Assembly: GCA_046563655.1 (NCBI GenBank)
Contig: CM102283.1
Span: 4,092,001-4,156,000, forward strand
Direction: 5' to 3'
Length of the DNA stretch: 64,000 bases
Origin: Yuukianura sp. NJ FZ-2021
Taxonomy: Eukaryota
Shown here in pieces: positions 1 to 11,306 of this stretch (positions are counted from its first letter, which is position 1; every line of letters begins with the position of its first letter). Made by a program: the position numbers and the translations under genes. Below the pieces are notes generated by a model, which had not been told where the DNA came from, made no database searches, and saw only the letters and a list, made by a program, of their open reading frames with translations.

Positions 1-139
1 TTTTAACATTTCTCTCACAACGTTTTCCTTCCCGAAATCGTTGGATACAGTACAATGTAAATCCGTCCATTGTAACCACCGAATGCTGCCAATCATCGGA
101 CCGGTGGTTTAGATTGGTTTCAGGATTGGAAATGGAATA

Positions 140-380
140 CAATGACGACAATACTGCGGGTGCGTAAAGTGGCTTACTATTTCTACGTTGTTAAGATAAC
201 ACTTTGAGTGCAATGTAGACTTAATGAAAACACTTGAGGCATACATAACCCCACGAACACAATGGAGCTCATGTTTCATTGCAAAAAATCCTAAAAAGTG
301 TGACGGACGGAGAGACAGACAAAGTCGTATCAATAGTCTTCTTCATCATGTCGTAGACATGCGTCTCCAGCAGACTACTA
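140..380 (-). mobile_element. DINE-1/HINE-like (Helentron-associated) non-autonomous repeat fragment
   Basis: Inverted, diverged homolog of 38355-38590: shared core TAGTC(T)..CTGGAGACGCATGTCTACGACATG.TGAAGAAGACTATTGATACGACTTTGTCTGTC, followed by a GTCY microsatellite. Subterminal inverted repeat plus GTCY tract is the DINE-1/HINE architecture; the family call is inference. Confidence 0.55.
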
Positions 381-543
381 ATACCTAACCTGACCTAATC
401 TTAATTAGAATCAAAAAAAAATTTTCAAAAAAAAAATTACAAAAACCTACATCAAAATTATGATTGAGGGAGGGTCTTACGATTTATGGAGTAAAGTGCT
501 GTTCGATTTTATAGGACTAATGGCGTGCTTCGTTCCACCACCT

Positions 544-1148
544 TGTTACACATGCTTTAATTCAAGATTTATTTCCACGTTTTACTTTCACTCAGCCAAG
601 GTTCCACGTACACTTAGTCACTTAGTCGCTAAGGGACCCCAGCACTTGTATTTAGTTACTAAGCAGGAAGTGTAATAGCAAGGCCAGGTTAATTAAGACA
701 AAACCACAAGGCCAGGTAGATAATTCGATTAAGAATCAGCCTCACCGCAGGCCCTCTTTATCACCCAATTAGTGTTACCACAGCCTACGCCGGTAATGCG
801 GTTAGTGCTCCTGCGGTTGTTACTTTACCACTTGTTTACCACAAAAGGTACTATCTAACCACCTTCAATTAACGGATAATTAAGCACCTGGCATAAATAC
901 CCGGCAGTCACTGCCTAAAGTTAAGTCAGTACAGAAGTCGAAGAAGTAAGCGAAACTCGAATAAAGGAAGTACGACACTTAATAAGAACATAGGGACTTC
1001 ATTTTCACCTCCTCGCAACAATGGACTGACTGGCATGGAACCTCGGCCGCCCGGAAGGGGTCTCTGGGGCCCTTGACCCCACGGGGCAAACAGCGGTCTC
1101 CCCCGTGGGCCCTTCCTGAAACGGCGAACGCCTATTTCCGGCGTTACA
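544..1148 (+). repeat. 5' LTR
   Basis: TG..CA termini; about 5 substitutions versus the 3' LTR by manual comparison; TATA-like CATAAATA (892-899) about 30 nt before an Inr-like TCAGT (926-930); AATAAA at 960-965. Confidence 0.95.
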
Positions 1149-1150
1149 TT

Positions 1151-1167
1151 TGGTGCATTTGCCGAGA
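1151..1167 (+). promoter_or_regulatory. Primer-binding site, tRNA-Gly(GCC)-like
   Basis: TGGTGCATTTGCCGAGA begins 2 nt after the LTR and matches the reverse complement of the metazoan tRNA-Gly(GCC) 3' end (TGGTGCATYGGCCGGGA) with about 2 mismatches. Confidence 0.75.
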
Positions 1168-1566
1168 TATGCGGCAGTCAGGAATGCCAGGAAGAGGAGG
1201 TCACACCAATCCTTGGACTACGTCGGACCGTCCCCAGTCAGGTTCGCTATTCAGAAAATAAATTACCTTATATTTGAGTGTTGGAATTGGGAACAGTAAC
1301 GTAGTTAATAATATAAAGAACAATAACGTTGTAAGGACAATAACGGTTGGAATTTAACGTAAGACATAGTAGTAAGGGACTCCTGTACCTCCACACTGAA
1401 AATAGAGCAGGTCGAGCTGATTCCTACGAAGCTACCTTCCACGGAAGTAACGGAGACCTAGTGCTATCCCCCCCTGGTGACCAAGTACCCAAATGCATCG
1501 AACAGGTACAATAGAGAAGGTGACCCTCGAAGAGGTGAAAGTCCTCTATTGTTACCACACACGCTC

Positions 1567-2148
1567 CCCAACTAGAAACGAAACTTAAATTCATGTTAAT
1601 TTAACGTTGGAATTGTGAAAAATCAGTGATGTTGTAAATTATAACCGGACTCTGTATTTACAACATAATTTCAACTATTAATTTAGAAGTTAAAATAACG
1701 TTGGGGTGATGTGTTTTTATAACAAGTTTACAACGCATCATTCTACAACTGTTACCAATTTTGCGAAAATAACCTAAATTTAACGTCGTTTTAACTTGTG
1801 GTGCTGTAGTAGGAGGCGCAACGTTATTTTCACCTCTTTTTCACATCGCTCCCGCTCTTCTCCTTAACCGGCATGACTGCTAGAAAAGGATAGTGAGACT
1901 CCAACAATGTGAGTTTGTGGAAGTGGTGCAGAGCATAGGAGTGAGGAAGAGACGGGAAGAGAAGGTGGGAGTGCAAAGCTCCACACGGGAGTTATTTTTT
2001 TTCACTCTCGCAACAAAAATGCAACGTTATGTTTTTCCACACTCTCAACATTAATTTCACGTGGAAAGCGCGGCCACAAATCACTTTAGCGCAACGTTAC
2101 GTGGTAACAGAAATAAAACGTTGTTTTAACTTTCGATTTCTAGTTGGG
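1567..2148. mobile_element. CMC/EnSpm-type MITE nested in the LTR element
   Basis: Imperfect ~24-bp TIRs CCCAACTAGAAACGAAACTTAAA / TTTTAACTTTCGATTTCTAGTTGGG; 2-bp TSD TC (1565-1566, 2149-2150); many subterminal CAACGTT/AACGTTG motifs. Confidence 0.8.
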
Positions 2149-3057
2149 TCTGCTTACGGTTAAAGGTCACCTCATAGGGCAGTGGCTCTAGCCAAAGGTC
2201 AGAGGTTACTGTGGTAGCTATCGGTTCGATTTGTACACTTTTGCCAGCATTATTGTTAACAAACAGTAGGAAGAACAAGTGCTAGGATTTTATATGCTTA
2301 AACCTCTATGGCACTTAAAGAGCATACGGACATGCCGTATAACGTACGATCACGCGTTTCGTTCACGTATTTCCACTTAACTGATTTGCAGTCACTATTT
2401 GCCAGTTGTAAGCTATGCTTAGGTCCAAAAAAATTTTACGACTCACGATTCACAAATGTGATCTGACAATTTGATCAGGTGCTCATTGAAAGGATGAGTG
2501 TGAACTTAGCTTAAGTTAGTCGAAGATTTGGAAATTTTGATGCTAGTGAAACCATTGTTGTCAGAAGTAGATACTATGTGTTGTTGGACTTTCATTTTCC
2601 GGGGTTGCAGTAGACCTCAGTTAGTTTAATTCTGACAGTACAAAACATTCCCGAGTGTGAGTATGATAGGCGTCTAGTCTATTTTCAACTTTGGACTTTA
2701 TGGAGGTAAGTTATTGACTCCTCGAAATTCGAAACCCTTGTTTGTATTTTAGCTATTCTAACTCAGGGTGAACACACGTTCAATTGTCTCTTAGAAATCA
2801 TCCACAGTTTTGAAAATTTTGCATAGATTTGGAGAAAATGTTTGCTAGTGAATCAGCAGTTGCAGAAGTTACGGATATTTAATTTTTTTTTGTTAGACAA
2901 ATGAAATCGATTTTGGTTTGAATAGAAAAACGTGTGCTGAAATGTCAAAGGGCAAAAGGACATCTACCTTTTAAAGAAAGTATTTAACGAAAGGCCTGTA
3001 ATTCACTTAGGCAAGTCGAGTCACGTTTATTAAATTCGTTTAGCGTGTTAGATCAGA

Positions 3058-3420
3058 CTATGTTTCAGAGTCGCTTGAAATTAGGATAGTCTCGATAACG
3101 TTGGTAGTCGGTGTCGGCAATATTCCTTCACCTTCGTCTGCAATGTCAGAAAGGGCGATGGTCCGCTCCTCTTCTATCCATCGGTGAACGTTGACGGTCC
3201 CTGCCACAACGCCATTAATTCTCAGGAAGTCTTCAAGGCTCTGGTTATGGATTAAAGTACACAACCTCCGTCGCCTATCGTCCACCGACGTCCACGGTCG
3301 GTTTCCCGCGAACAAGACGCGCTCAGTTTGGAAAGCGCACATATGGCGCCGCACTTCCAATTTGATAAGGTTAACGAGGGCAGCCATTTCCAACGTGATT
3401 GGATTTCCCGCCTTATGCAT
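3058..3420 (-). CDS. Hypothetical antisense ORF (120 aa) inside the LTR element, unknown function
   Basis: Open frame with an acidic C-terminus (ILISSDSET); minus-strand AATAAA at 3026-3031, just past the stop. No recognisable domain. Confidence 0.3.
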   Translation of the reverse strand: MHKAGNPITLEMAALVNLIKLEVRRHMCAFQTERVLFAGNRPWTSVDDRRRRLCTLIHNQSLEDFLRINGVVAGTVNVHRWIEEERTIALSDIADEGEGILPTPTTNVIETILISSDSET

Positions 3421-3863
3421 AAGGAGACTGGCAAACGCTGCCCAGTTCTGAGTGAAGAATGGTTTCGACCAACAAATGACTCAAGAAGAAGTCATCCTGG
3501 AACAATTAGATGAAGTGCAACGATTAGAGGAACTACATTTACATTTTCGGAATGAAGCTCTTCCATGATGAAGTTCTTCCACAATGAAGCTCGTGCGAGA
3601 TGAAGCTCTTCCAAGGTGAAGCATCCATAAGACCAAGGTTTCTATAGCAACCGCTGCTTCATAAGGTTAAGCAATAAGTCTTGTTTTCCAAAAATCTCGC
3701 TCCAAACTTTTTTTTCACCCAAGTTTCACCCAAGTTTGTTGATCACTTTTTGGGGATGAAAGAAATTAAAAGTTAGCATCAAATCAAATTAAAAGTTGAC
3801 AGTTAAAGTTAAGTTTACAGTTAAAGTTAAGTTTACAGTTCAAGTTAAGTCATTTAGTTTAAG

Positions 3864-6804
3864 ATGGTGCATTATTGCTCAGTTCCAGACTGTCTGAACA
3901 GTGACTACAAAGTGAAGATTGGTGAATGCAAGACTAAGTTGTTTCGAGTGCCAAAACCAGAAGCAATTCGTAAAAGTTGGGAAGCCAGTTGCTCTACCAA
4001 GTTCAACGACTCTTCAAGAGTATGTTCCCATCATTTCCCAAATCTACCGGAGAATGTCAAAAGGCTACCAAAGGGCCAAGTTCCAGTTCCTCTAGTCAAA
4101 CCAAGTAATTGCATTCGCACTCTAACACAATATCCCTATCAACTGTTAACTCATTATGATTTATTTCAGTTAATACGCAACCGATTCACGTTGGAAAAAA
4201 AAAGTTGTCGTTTCGAGAGAAATGGAAGAAATGTAAGAAGCACATCAAATTCCTTCGCCTCACTTACTCCGAAAAAGACAAGTCCAGACAACACCATCAC
4301 AAGAAAGTAATTCTGGGGTACCGGAAGTTGGTCCAAGCTAAGTCAGTCAGAATTACGGAACTGGAAAATTGTTTGAAAAAACTGACCCAGAAAATGGAAG
4401 CCCAAAACGATGTTCTCAACAAAGTGAGTTTCACGTCAGACGTCCCACTATTTAGTGTAATTTAATGCAATGTGTTGAATATGTTATATTTTCAGATAGT
4501 CACCCCATGTCAACTGGATATGCTACTGTCGTCAAAAATAAAAACTTGGTGGCCCGTAGAAGACATTTTGAAAGCTATGCGTTTAAGGGTTAAATCAAAA
4601 TCAGCTTATGAGTTTGTGAGAAATAACTGGAACATCCCACTTCCTTGCGTCAGAACTTTACAGAACTGGCTTCAAAATATCAGCATCCGCCCAGGAATTC
4701 TAAATGATCTGATTGTTTTCATAAAATCAAAGTTCACCGATGCCCCTCAATTGTCTAGGTTAGAACGTAACAAAATGTAAGCAGAAAATCATTCATAACT
4801 AAATCACTTGCAATTGTTCAACTATGTATTGTTGTGTCACATTTGACGAAATGAACTTGGACGGCAGTTACTGCTACGATACTTCTTTGGATCAAGTCCT
4901 TGGAGGTGCCAAGAATTTTATGGTAGTTTTTGCCAGAGGTATTTTTGCATCCTGGAAAATTCCAATCTTCATGGGGTACGACGTAAAGTTTCAGCGAGAT
5001 ACAATTGAAGAAATTATGTCAAAGTTACACGACGCTGGATTGATACCTTCCGCCATGACGTGCGATAATTCTGGGGCCAACAGAGGGATTTGGACAAGAT
5101 TGAATGTCAGTTTCACTAATACTTCTTTCCCACATCCCGTGACTGGACATCGTATTTATTGCATCTCTGATCCGGTACATCTTATCAAATTGCTCAGGAA
5201 TAACATCTTCGACTGGGGACTTACACTTCCTGATGGGTATCAAGTAACAAAGGGTGAGTTTAAGTTATTTCTGACATCGACGGTGGCGCCATCTAGCGGC
5301 CAAAGTCGGAACTACTGAGGTCCCGAGGGGTCGACGGTGGCGCCATCTAGCGGCCAAAGTCGGAACTACTGAGGTCCCGAGGGGTCGACGGTGGCGCCAT
5401 CTAACGGAATTTATATTTAAATGAAATTTTAATTGAAATATTCTTACGTTGCAGATCTATTTGAGGAATTGCTTAAACACGATCGTTCGGAGCTACGAAT
5501 TTGCCATAAGCTCACTAGACGCCATCTTGAAGTCCAGAATTCCGAAAGACAAAATGCCAGAATGGCTTTTCAGACCCTGTCAAATTCAGTTTCCCACGCT
5601 ATTGAGTTCTTGTTTCCCGCCAAGAAGTCGCAAAGTCAATTTATACGCTTGATTTCGGATGGTTTTGACCTTTTGAACTCCAGGATTAGAGAAGAAAAGA
5701 ATCCAGCGAAGCAGTGCTACGGAGTCCACCTCGAAGCGCAGAATCAAACCTTGGATAAGCTGTACCAGGTACAAATTACAAAGCAAATTTTCAATTTTTA
5801 ACGCTTACATTATTTAAAACAGTTAAATTTTTAGATGGTTTCAAAGATGAAGGTTAACCACCCAAGACTGAAATCCTTACTACCCTTCCAGAAGGGAATT
5901 CTGATGACGATTACTTCCGTGAAAAATCTGTTTCAAGATTTGGTTACATCCCAAGGAGTAAGGTACATGGCCATCAATAGGTTGAATCAAGATGTGGCAG
6001 AAAATGCTTTTTGCATTATGAGAGGAATCGGAGGCTTCAAAGTCATCATGACGGCTGTTGACGCAAAATATCGTCTGAGAACTCTGGCTTTGATCTGGCT
6101 TTTGTCAATGGAAACGGATGACAAAGAGCTCGCTCGATTGTGCGACGTTTTGCAGGAACTGATCGAGGATGATACCGTCAAAGTGAGTTACATGAATTAA
6201 AATTTCGATTCCGCACTTTTGTTAAAAATTACACTTTTGTTTCCTCAGATTAACACTGATTATTGCGCCAACTTTGACCCTCCATCTACATCCAGAAAAA
6301 GAAAACGGTCACGATCTGATGAATGTGAGAATTCTGGTCTGGAGTACGTCGCCGGCTACATTTTGAGAAATTTCAAGGACACGAATCCTGACTTGGTCTT
6401 GTTGGATGAGAACCGATTGCCACAAAGTTGGTGTCAGAGGCTCTCTCGCGGTGGCATCACTGTTCCTTCCGAACGAATGATGTCCCTCATGGAATTGTGG
6501 GAATCGTATTTCGAAAAGTAAGTTCAGCGTTTTCCAATATTATAATTTTTTTTCTAAAAGATAAATATATTTCAGGGTGCATGGAGGACATGTATGTAAG
6601 GATCCTGGCGTCATAAGTCGACTGGAGTCAATGATTGTTCACGATTTTCCAACTATCGACGCTGGTGTCGTGAAACGATATGCAAGGGTCAGGACATTTC
6701 TACGATTGAGACACTTGAACCAGAAGCTTCATCTCCTGAAAGGTCGTATTCGTAACTTGGGAAAGGGGAACCAATTTGCATTGTGCGGTGATCCAGTAGC
6801 ATAG
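3864..6804 (+). CDS. P-element/THAP9-like transposase, 8 exons, ~781 aa
   Basis: Predicted exons 3864-4104, 4170-4423, 4496-4758, 4826-5253, 5455-5768, 5835-6182, 6249-6517, 6576-6804, all phase-compatible. THAP C2CH finger (CSVPDC..P..W..CSHHF..VP) and catalytic-type motifs TFDEM, TCDNSG, SDPVHLIKLLRNN, NQDVAENAF. The intron-3 acceptor reads AT, not AG. Confidence 0.9.
5277..5407. repeat. 54-bp tandem repeat (x2.4) in transposase intron 4, each unit carrying a CTCF-like motif
   Basis: Units start at 5277, 5331 and 5385; each contains TGGCGCCATCTAGCGGCCA (reverse complement TGGCCGCTAGATGGCGCCA); the third copy is truncated/diverged. Confidence 0.85.
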
Positions 6805-8723
6805 CTAAAAGTTTGCAGCACATTGTCTCTACATTTCTCAGAATTAAAAAAATGAAAAATAAAAAAAAGGAAAAAAAGTGAATAAAAAAATTCGGATAAA
6901 AAATTCCCAAGGAAACGAAAGCCGCCGTGATGTCCTTTCATTTTTGCAATTTTGGGAGGAAAAATATAAAAACCGAGGTATTGCTTAACCTTATGAAGCA
7001 AGAACTATTCCGTTGCTATAGAAACCTTGCATAAGACGAAGCTTCTACAGATGAAGCCCTTACAGATGAAGCTTCCACAGATGAAGCCTTTACAGATGTA
7101 GCTGCCACAGATGAAGCCCTTACAGATGAAGCTTCCACAGATGACGCCCTTGCAGATGCAGCTTCTACAGATGAAGCCCTTACAAACGAAGCTTCCCCAA
7201 GATGAAGCCCTTCCAAGATGAAGTCTTTGCAAGATGAAGCTTCCACGAGATGAAGCCCGTACCAGATGAAACTTCCACATGATGAAGTTTTTGCAAGATG
7301 AAGCTTCCGCAAGATGAAGCCCTTAATAGATGACGCTTCCACAAGATGAAGCCCTTACCAGATGAAGCTTCCGCAAGATGAAGCTTCCACAAGATGAAGC
7401 CCTTACCGGATGAAGCTTTCATTAAATGAAGCTTCCACGTGATGAAACTTTCTTAAGATGAAGATTGTCCGAAATGAAGAATTTCCGAAATGCAGATTTT
7501 ACCTAATGAAGATTTTACGGAAAGAAGATTTTCCGAAATGAAGATTTTACCGGAAGAGGATTTTCCGAAACGAAGATTTTACAAAAAGCAGCTTACGAGG
7601 GGAAGATTTTACGAAGTGAAGACTTGACGAGACGAAGAGTTTATGAGAATTTGTCGATAAGACAACGCAAGTATCGGCCTAACATGAATCGCTTGGACAT
7701 GAGGGATGGGACCGAAAACAGAAATATCCTGTGAAAGGACGGGCCGGGAGAATTGGAACTCCTAGTAACAATGTATTCATTGACCGGGCTGTAGTCTAAA
7801 TCCCAAAGAGGATGACGTTATGTCCTACAGCTACTCATCAAATACCAAATTAGGAAAAGGTAAAACAAAAGGAGGTAAAGGTTAGTAATAATGAAACTCA
7901 CACTGCTACTGGTGGGGTGGACCCACGAAAGTTATGGTACCAAAGGCGCGCAATAACGGTGTAATCGGATCCGACAGTACTGTAGCGCATGCGCAAATCG
8001 TTCAGCACAGACAGACATACGGCCTGGGTTAACTGAGAATTCTCTCTGATATCAGTGCTTCAGCAAAAGGGGCCAGCCGAGCCTCATGGTGCTTTGCAAC
8101 GTCTGCTTATGCTTTATGTATTTGTCTTACTAATCTAACTTCTGATCTCGAGTGGAAAATTGTGACACCAATGTCAAATATTGGTTAAATTGTTACTTAA
8201 AATCAGCTAAGAAATCATTACCTACGTAAAGTAGTTCAGATCACATGTTTAAGTTTATCACACGAATCTCCGAACGCATTTTTTTTTTGATAAGATAAGA
8301 AATTACTTAAAATTACTTAGACGCAAACTAATGTAATTAGCACTGTAGCTTAAGCTCCAATGAGCGTGGTCATCCATGTGGCCAAGTCATAAACTCTCAG
8401 ACGACTCTGTTCTAATTCGCACCCACCGAAGCTGCTCCGGGAGTAGCAGCGATTTAAGTTGGGGAAGGCCAGGCGTCGCCAGAAGTCTTTTAACGTGACC
8501 TGCGTCACCACCTCCAACCTCTAAGGACGAAAATTACGACAGAAACCGGAGAAACTACGAGAAGAAAACACGAAGGGAGTAAATTCTGAACCTTGGGGTC
8601 AACGGTCAAACTAGACGACCCCGTACACATGCTTCGCTCTCATGATCAGAGGCAACCCGGAAGAAAAATTGATGCTGTCCCGTCACCTCAACGAGTGATG
8701 TTCCAATTAAGGACCACCGAGAT

Positions 8724-8895
8724 ATCAGCACCGCAGATTATTTAATTCAGCACTGCCGCAGCCAGCGCCGGTAATGTGGTTTTTGGCGCCGAAATTGCTA
8801 ATCACCTACCTTCAATTAACGCCCACAGACGAGCAATTAAGAGTTCAGGTTAAATAACGAGCAGCAGAGAATTGGAGAGTCAGTCAGTGGAAGTC
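8724..8895 (+). promoter_or_regulatory. Internal diverged copy of the LTR promoter upstream of the cargo ORF
   Basis: Collinear blocks shared with LTR 735-939: ATCAGC..CACCGCAG, CGCCGGTAATG.GGTT, ACCTTCAATTAACG, AATTAAG, TAAATA, AGTCAGT, GAAGTC. Confidence 0.7.
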
Positions 8896-9723
8896 AACAA
8901 GCCAAAGCACTCCCCACACAACCAAACAAACGTCAACGTCTAATTCACCTTCGAAGGAACTACAGTAGACATGGAGACGCTTCACAAGTCAACTCAACTC
9001 AACTACGCGCAAACGCAGGTTAGAAACTTACGGACGGTTTGCGACTCGTGCGACCAATTCGCACGGGAGTTCCTTTCCTAGACGACGCACGAATGGGCAA
9101 CACACTTTGGACAGCAGCCTGGGAACTGCCGCCGTTTAACATGCACACCTTAACAACGCAGGACGAGATCACGGCTCACTTCACGACAGCGATGGAAATC
9201 TCTCCCGTTGCCTTCACTTGTTTTGAATGGCCACATTCCTACGTAGGCGCGAATTGCAGTATTGTCATCATATCCAAGAAAAACGCTTTTGCCGTGGACC
9301 CCAGGAATCCGAATTCTCACGACCCTCTGCGACAACTGTTCGGAACGCATCGAGTAATCAAGCTTTGCTACAGCGGTCAGCAGCAGCAACAATGGATCGA
9401 ACGCGACGATTGTACCCCGAAGCATACTAGATGTTGAAACAATTCGCCTTCACTGGGACAACCTACCGGATCACGCAACCCCACACGTTATCCGAACCGA
9501 GTTCGGGTCAACAGTAACCATACCCGCCGGCTTCCCCCGCCAATTCCTAGATCAAGACCTAGAGCGCATGATGGACTCGACAGCAACAATCGTTCTTTTC
9601 TGGCGGGACATCACCATGCACCTTCAGGACACCCTCGACAACAGCGTAGTAAATATTCGTTACACCCTACAAGAGATTTTCGACAGCACCCACGAGCAAA
9701 CAGCAGAACAGTACCAGTTAAAA

Positions 9724-11031
9724 CCCAGTTAGCACAGTTTCGTCCCTTGAACATCCCGGGGATTTCAACCGAATGTCCCAATCAAATCCCAGGGATGTTC
9801 AGAAACTCCGTATAACCTCCTGTAAACATCCGAAATGCCCACTTTTCAAACTCCCTGGGAGCACCTCTTTTTAGCTCCATGGGAGTTCTGATTCGGACGT
9901 ACCATGGAGCTAACCCACGTGTACCCACGTGTACATACTTGACGCGCGAAAAATAAACAGATAAAAGTTTACGAGTTTTTAACTAACCCAATTTTATTTT
10001 ATTGTAAAGCAATGAATTACGTGAAACTGAAGGTTAAACTGCTAAATATGACTAAAAACACTGGAAATTGCCTTTTGCATCTCCGCGTCATCCATCTTCA
10101 CCCTCATGTTAAGTTTGGCGCAATCTGAAATTAAAGAAAACATAAGCCATGGACTACTAAACCGCCAAAATCTGAATGTTGAAATTAAAATCAACGGAAT
10201 AATCGATAGGTCTTGTTAAAAACTTACAGAGTAGCAATTTAAGGCCGCTTTCCTTTCCTCCCTTGAAGGCTAAACGGCATAAGCAGGTTATCGTTCCAAA
10301 GTGCTGTCGTTAACCTTTTTACAGTTTCGTAGCAGCTGTTTCCTCCTAATTCCAGTAACTTAGTTATCTATGAAATGTTTTTACGATAGTTTTTAACATT
10401 GTATATGAAACTTGAAACGGACTTACCGCTGATTGTCTGAATTCCTCTTCTGTTGACAATCGGTTTACGAGGCATTTCAAATTGAACAATGGTCAGACTG
10501 GAAACCACTAAAGAAACGATACGAAATTAACTGAAACGTTAACTGAAATTGCTATGTAAACACGTAATGACAAAGTACTTTAACTTAATCGTTTCAAAAA
10601 TTTTGAAATTCTTACCGAACTTTGTATCGGGCCAGTTCCTGTAGACGTTGCTTCTCTTTGCTAACTTGTGCAGCGACAATGATTTCCGGACGAGATAGAT
10701 TTGACTAAATCAGTTTAATTTTGTGTACAAAGTTAAAATTCCTTCCGACTTTAGACAGATTGGCAGAAAATAATGAGCAAATGATGATGCAATGTGCTCG
10801 GATCATCTGGAAGCTGAAAATTGAAACGCGCAGGGACAAAAGTCACATGACTTGGGTTTTTCCCGTGGGGATCGTCCCTGGGACATTCGTGGGAAACTCA
10901 ACATTTTCTGAGGACATGTCCTTAATGTGGAAATACCAGGGAGGTCCGGTGGAGAGAATCCACGGCTCACGTCCCGAAGAGTATTTTGGGACACTAATCG
11001 GACGTTCCCAGGAGGTTATGTGCATATAGGG
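9724..11031 (-). mobile_element. CMC/EnSpm-type deletion-derivative transposon carrying a spliced DUF4806-like gene remnant
   Basis: Termini CCCAGTTAGCAC / GTGCATATAGGG; 2-bp TSD AA (9722-9723, 11032-11033); subterminal GTCCC/GGGAC and ACATCC motifs. Precise removal restores the flanking reading frame. Confidence 0.75.
10040..10660 (-). pseudogene. DUF4806-like accessory gene remnant of the CMC element
   Basis: GT-AG bounded exons. 10367-10228 translates ITKLLELGGNSCYETVKRLTTALWNDNLLMPFSLQGRKGKRP*; the upstream exon reads FPV*PLFNLKCLVNRLSTEEEFRQSA. In-frame stops are present. Resemblance to DUF4806 is from memory. Confidence 0.55.
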
Positions 11032-11306
11032 AACACTTCTTCTCGGACACCGACCCAACAAATGCCAGAGACGCCCGGGTTCGAGCCAGTATTATTTATG
11101 TTGCGCGCGTCCTCGACCTCCCAACAAACCTCTTCCAGCAAGACTACGAGACGTGGAAAGAGGGCACAGACCGTGAGTTCATCAAAGGACTGCGCCAGCG
11201 CATCACCACGCTACCAAAACCCGAAGGCATGGACGAAGCCCGTGCCCGCCAGCTCGTACCAGAATTACTCACTTGGTTCGGGGCGGACTTCCCAGCAAAC
11301 ATGCGC

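Larger units (their letters stand above)
3634..7029 (+). mobile_element. P-element superfamily DNA transposon, full length (3396 bp)
   Basis: TIR CAAGGTTTCTATAGCAAC at both ends plus an inner inverted block TGCTTCATAAGGTTAAGCAATA; perfect 8-bp TSD CATAAGAC (3626-3633, 7030-7037); encodes a THAP-domain transposase. Confidence 0.95.
3550..7640 (+). repeat. GATGAAGC-core minisatellite (15-20 bp units), split by the P element into 3550-3633 and 7030-7640
   Basis: Repeated (A)GATGAAGC(T/C)(T/C) units, e.g. ACAGATGAAGCCCTT / ACAGATGAAGCTTCC, decaying to GAAGATTTT(A/C)C units after ~7460. Confidence 0.9.

Noticed and set aside
460-675. ORF pair 460-675 and 12145-12360 sharing a C-terminus
   Set aside because: Both simply read into the identical LTR sequence from unrelated flanks.
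1168-1262. Short frame EEEVTPILGLRRTVPSQVRYSENK just after the PBS, resembling an integrase C-terminal tail
   Set aside because: Too short to support a pol remnant without a profile search.
7005-7422. Low-complexity ORFs (ASSVEASS / GFICGSFIC repeats)
   Set aside because: Translations of the GATGAAGC minisatellite on the stop-poor strand, open in all three frames.
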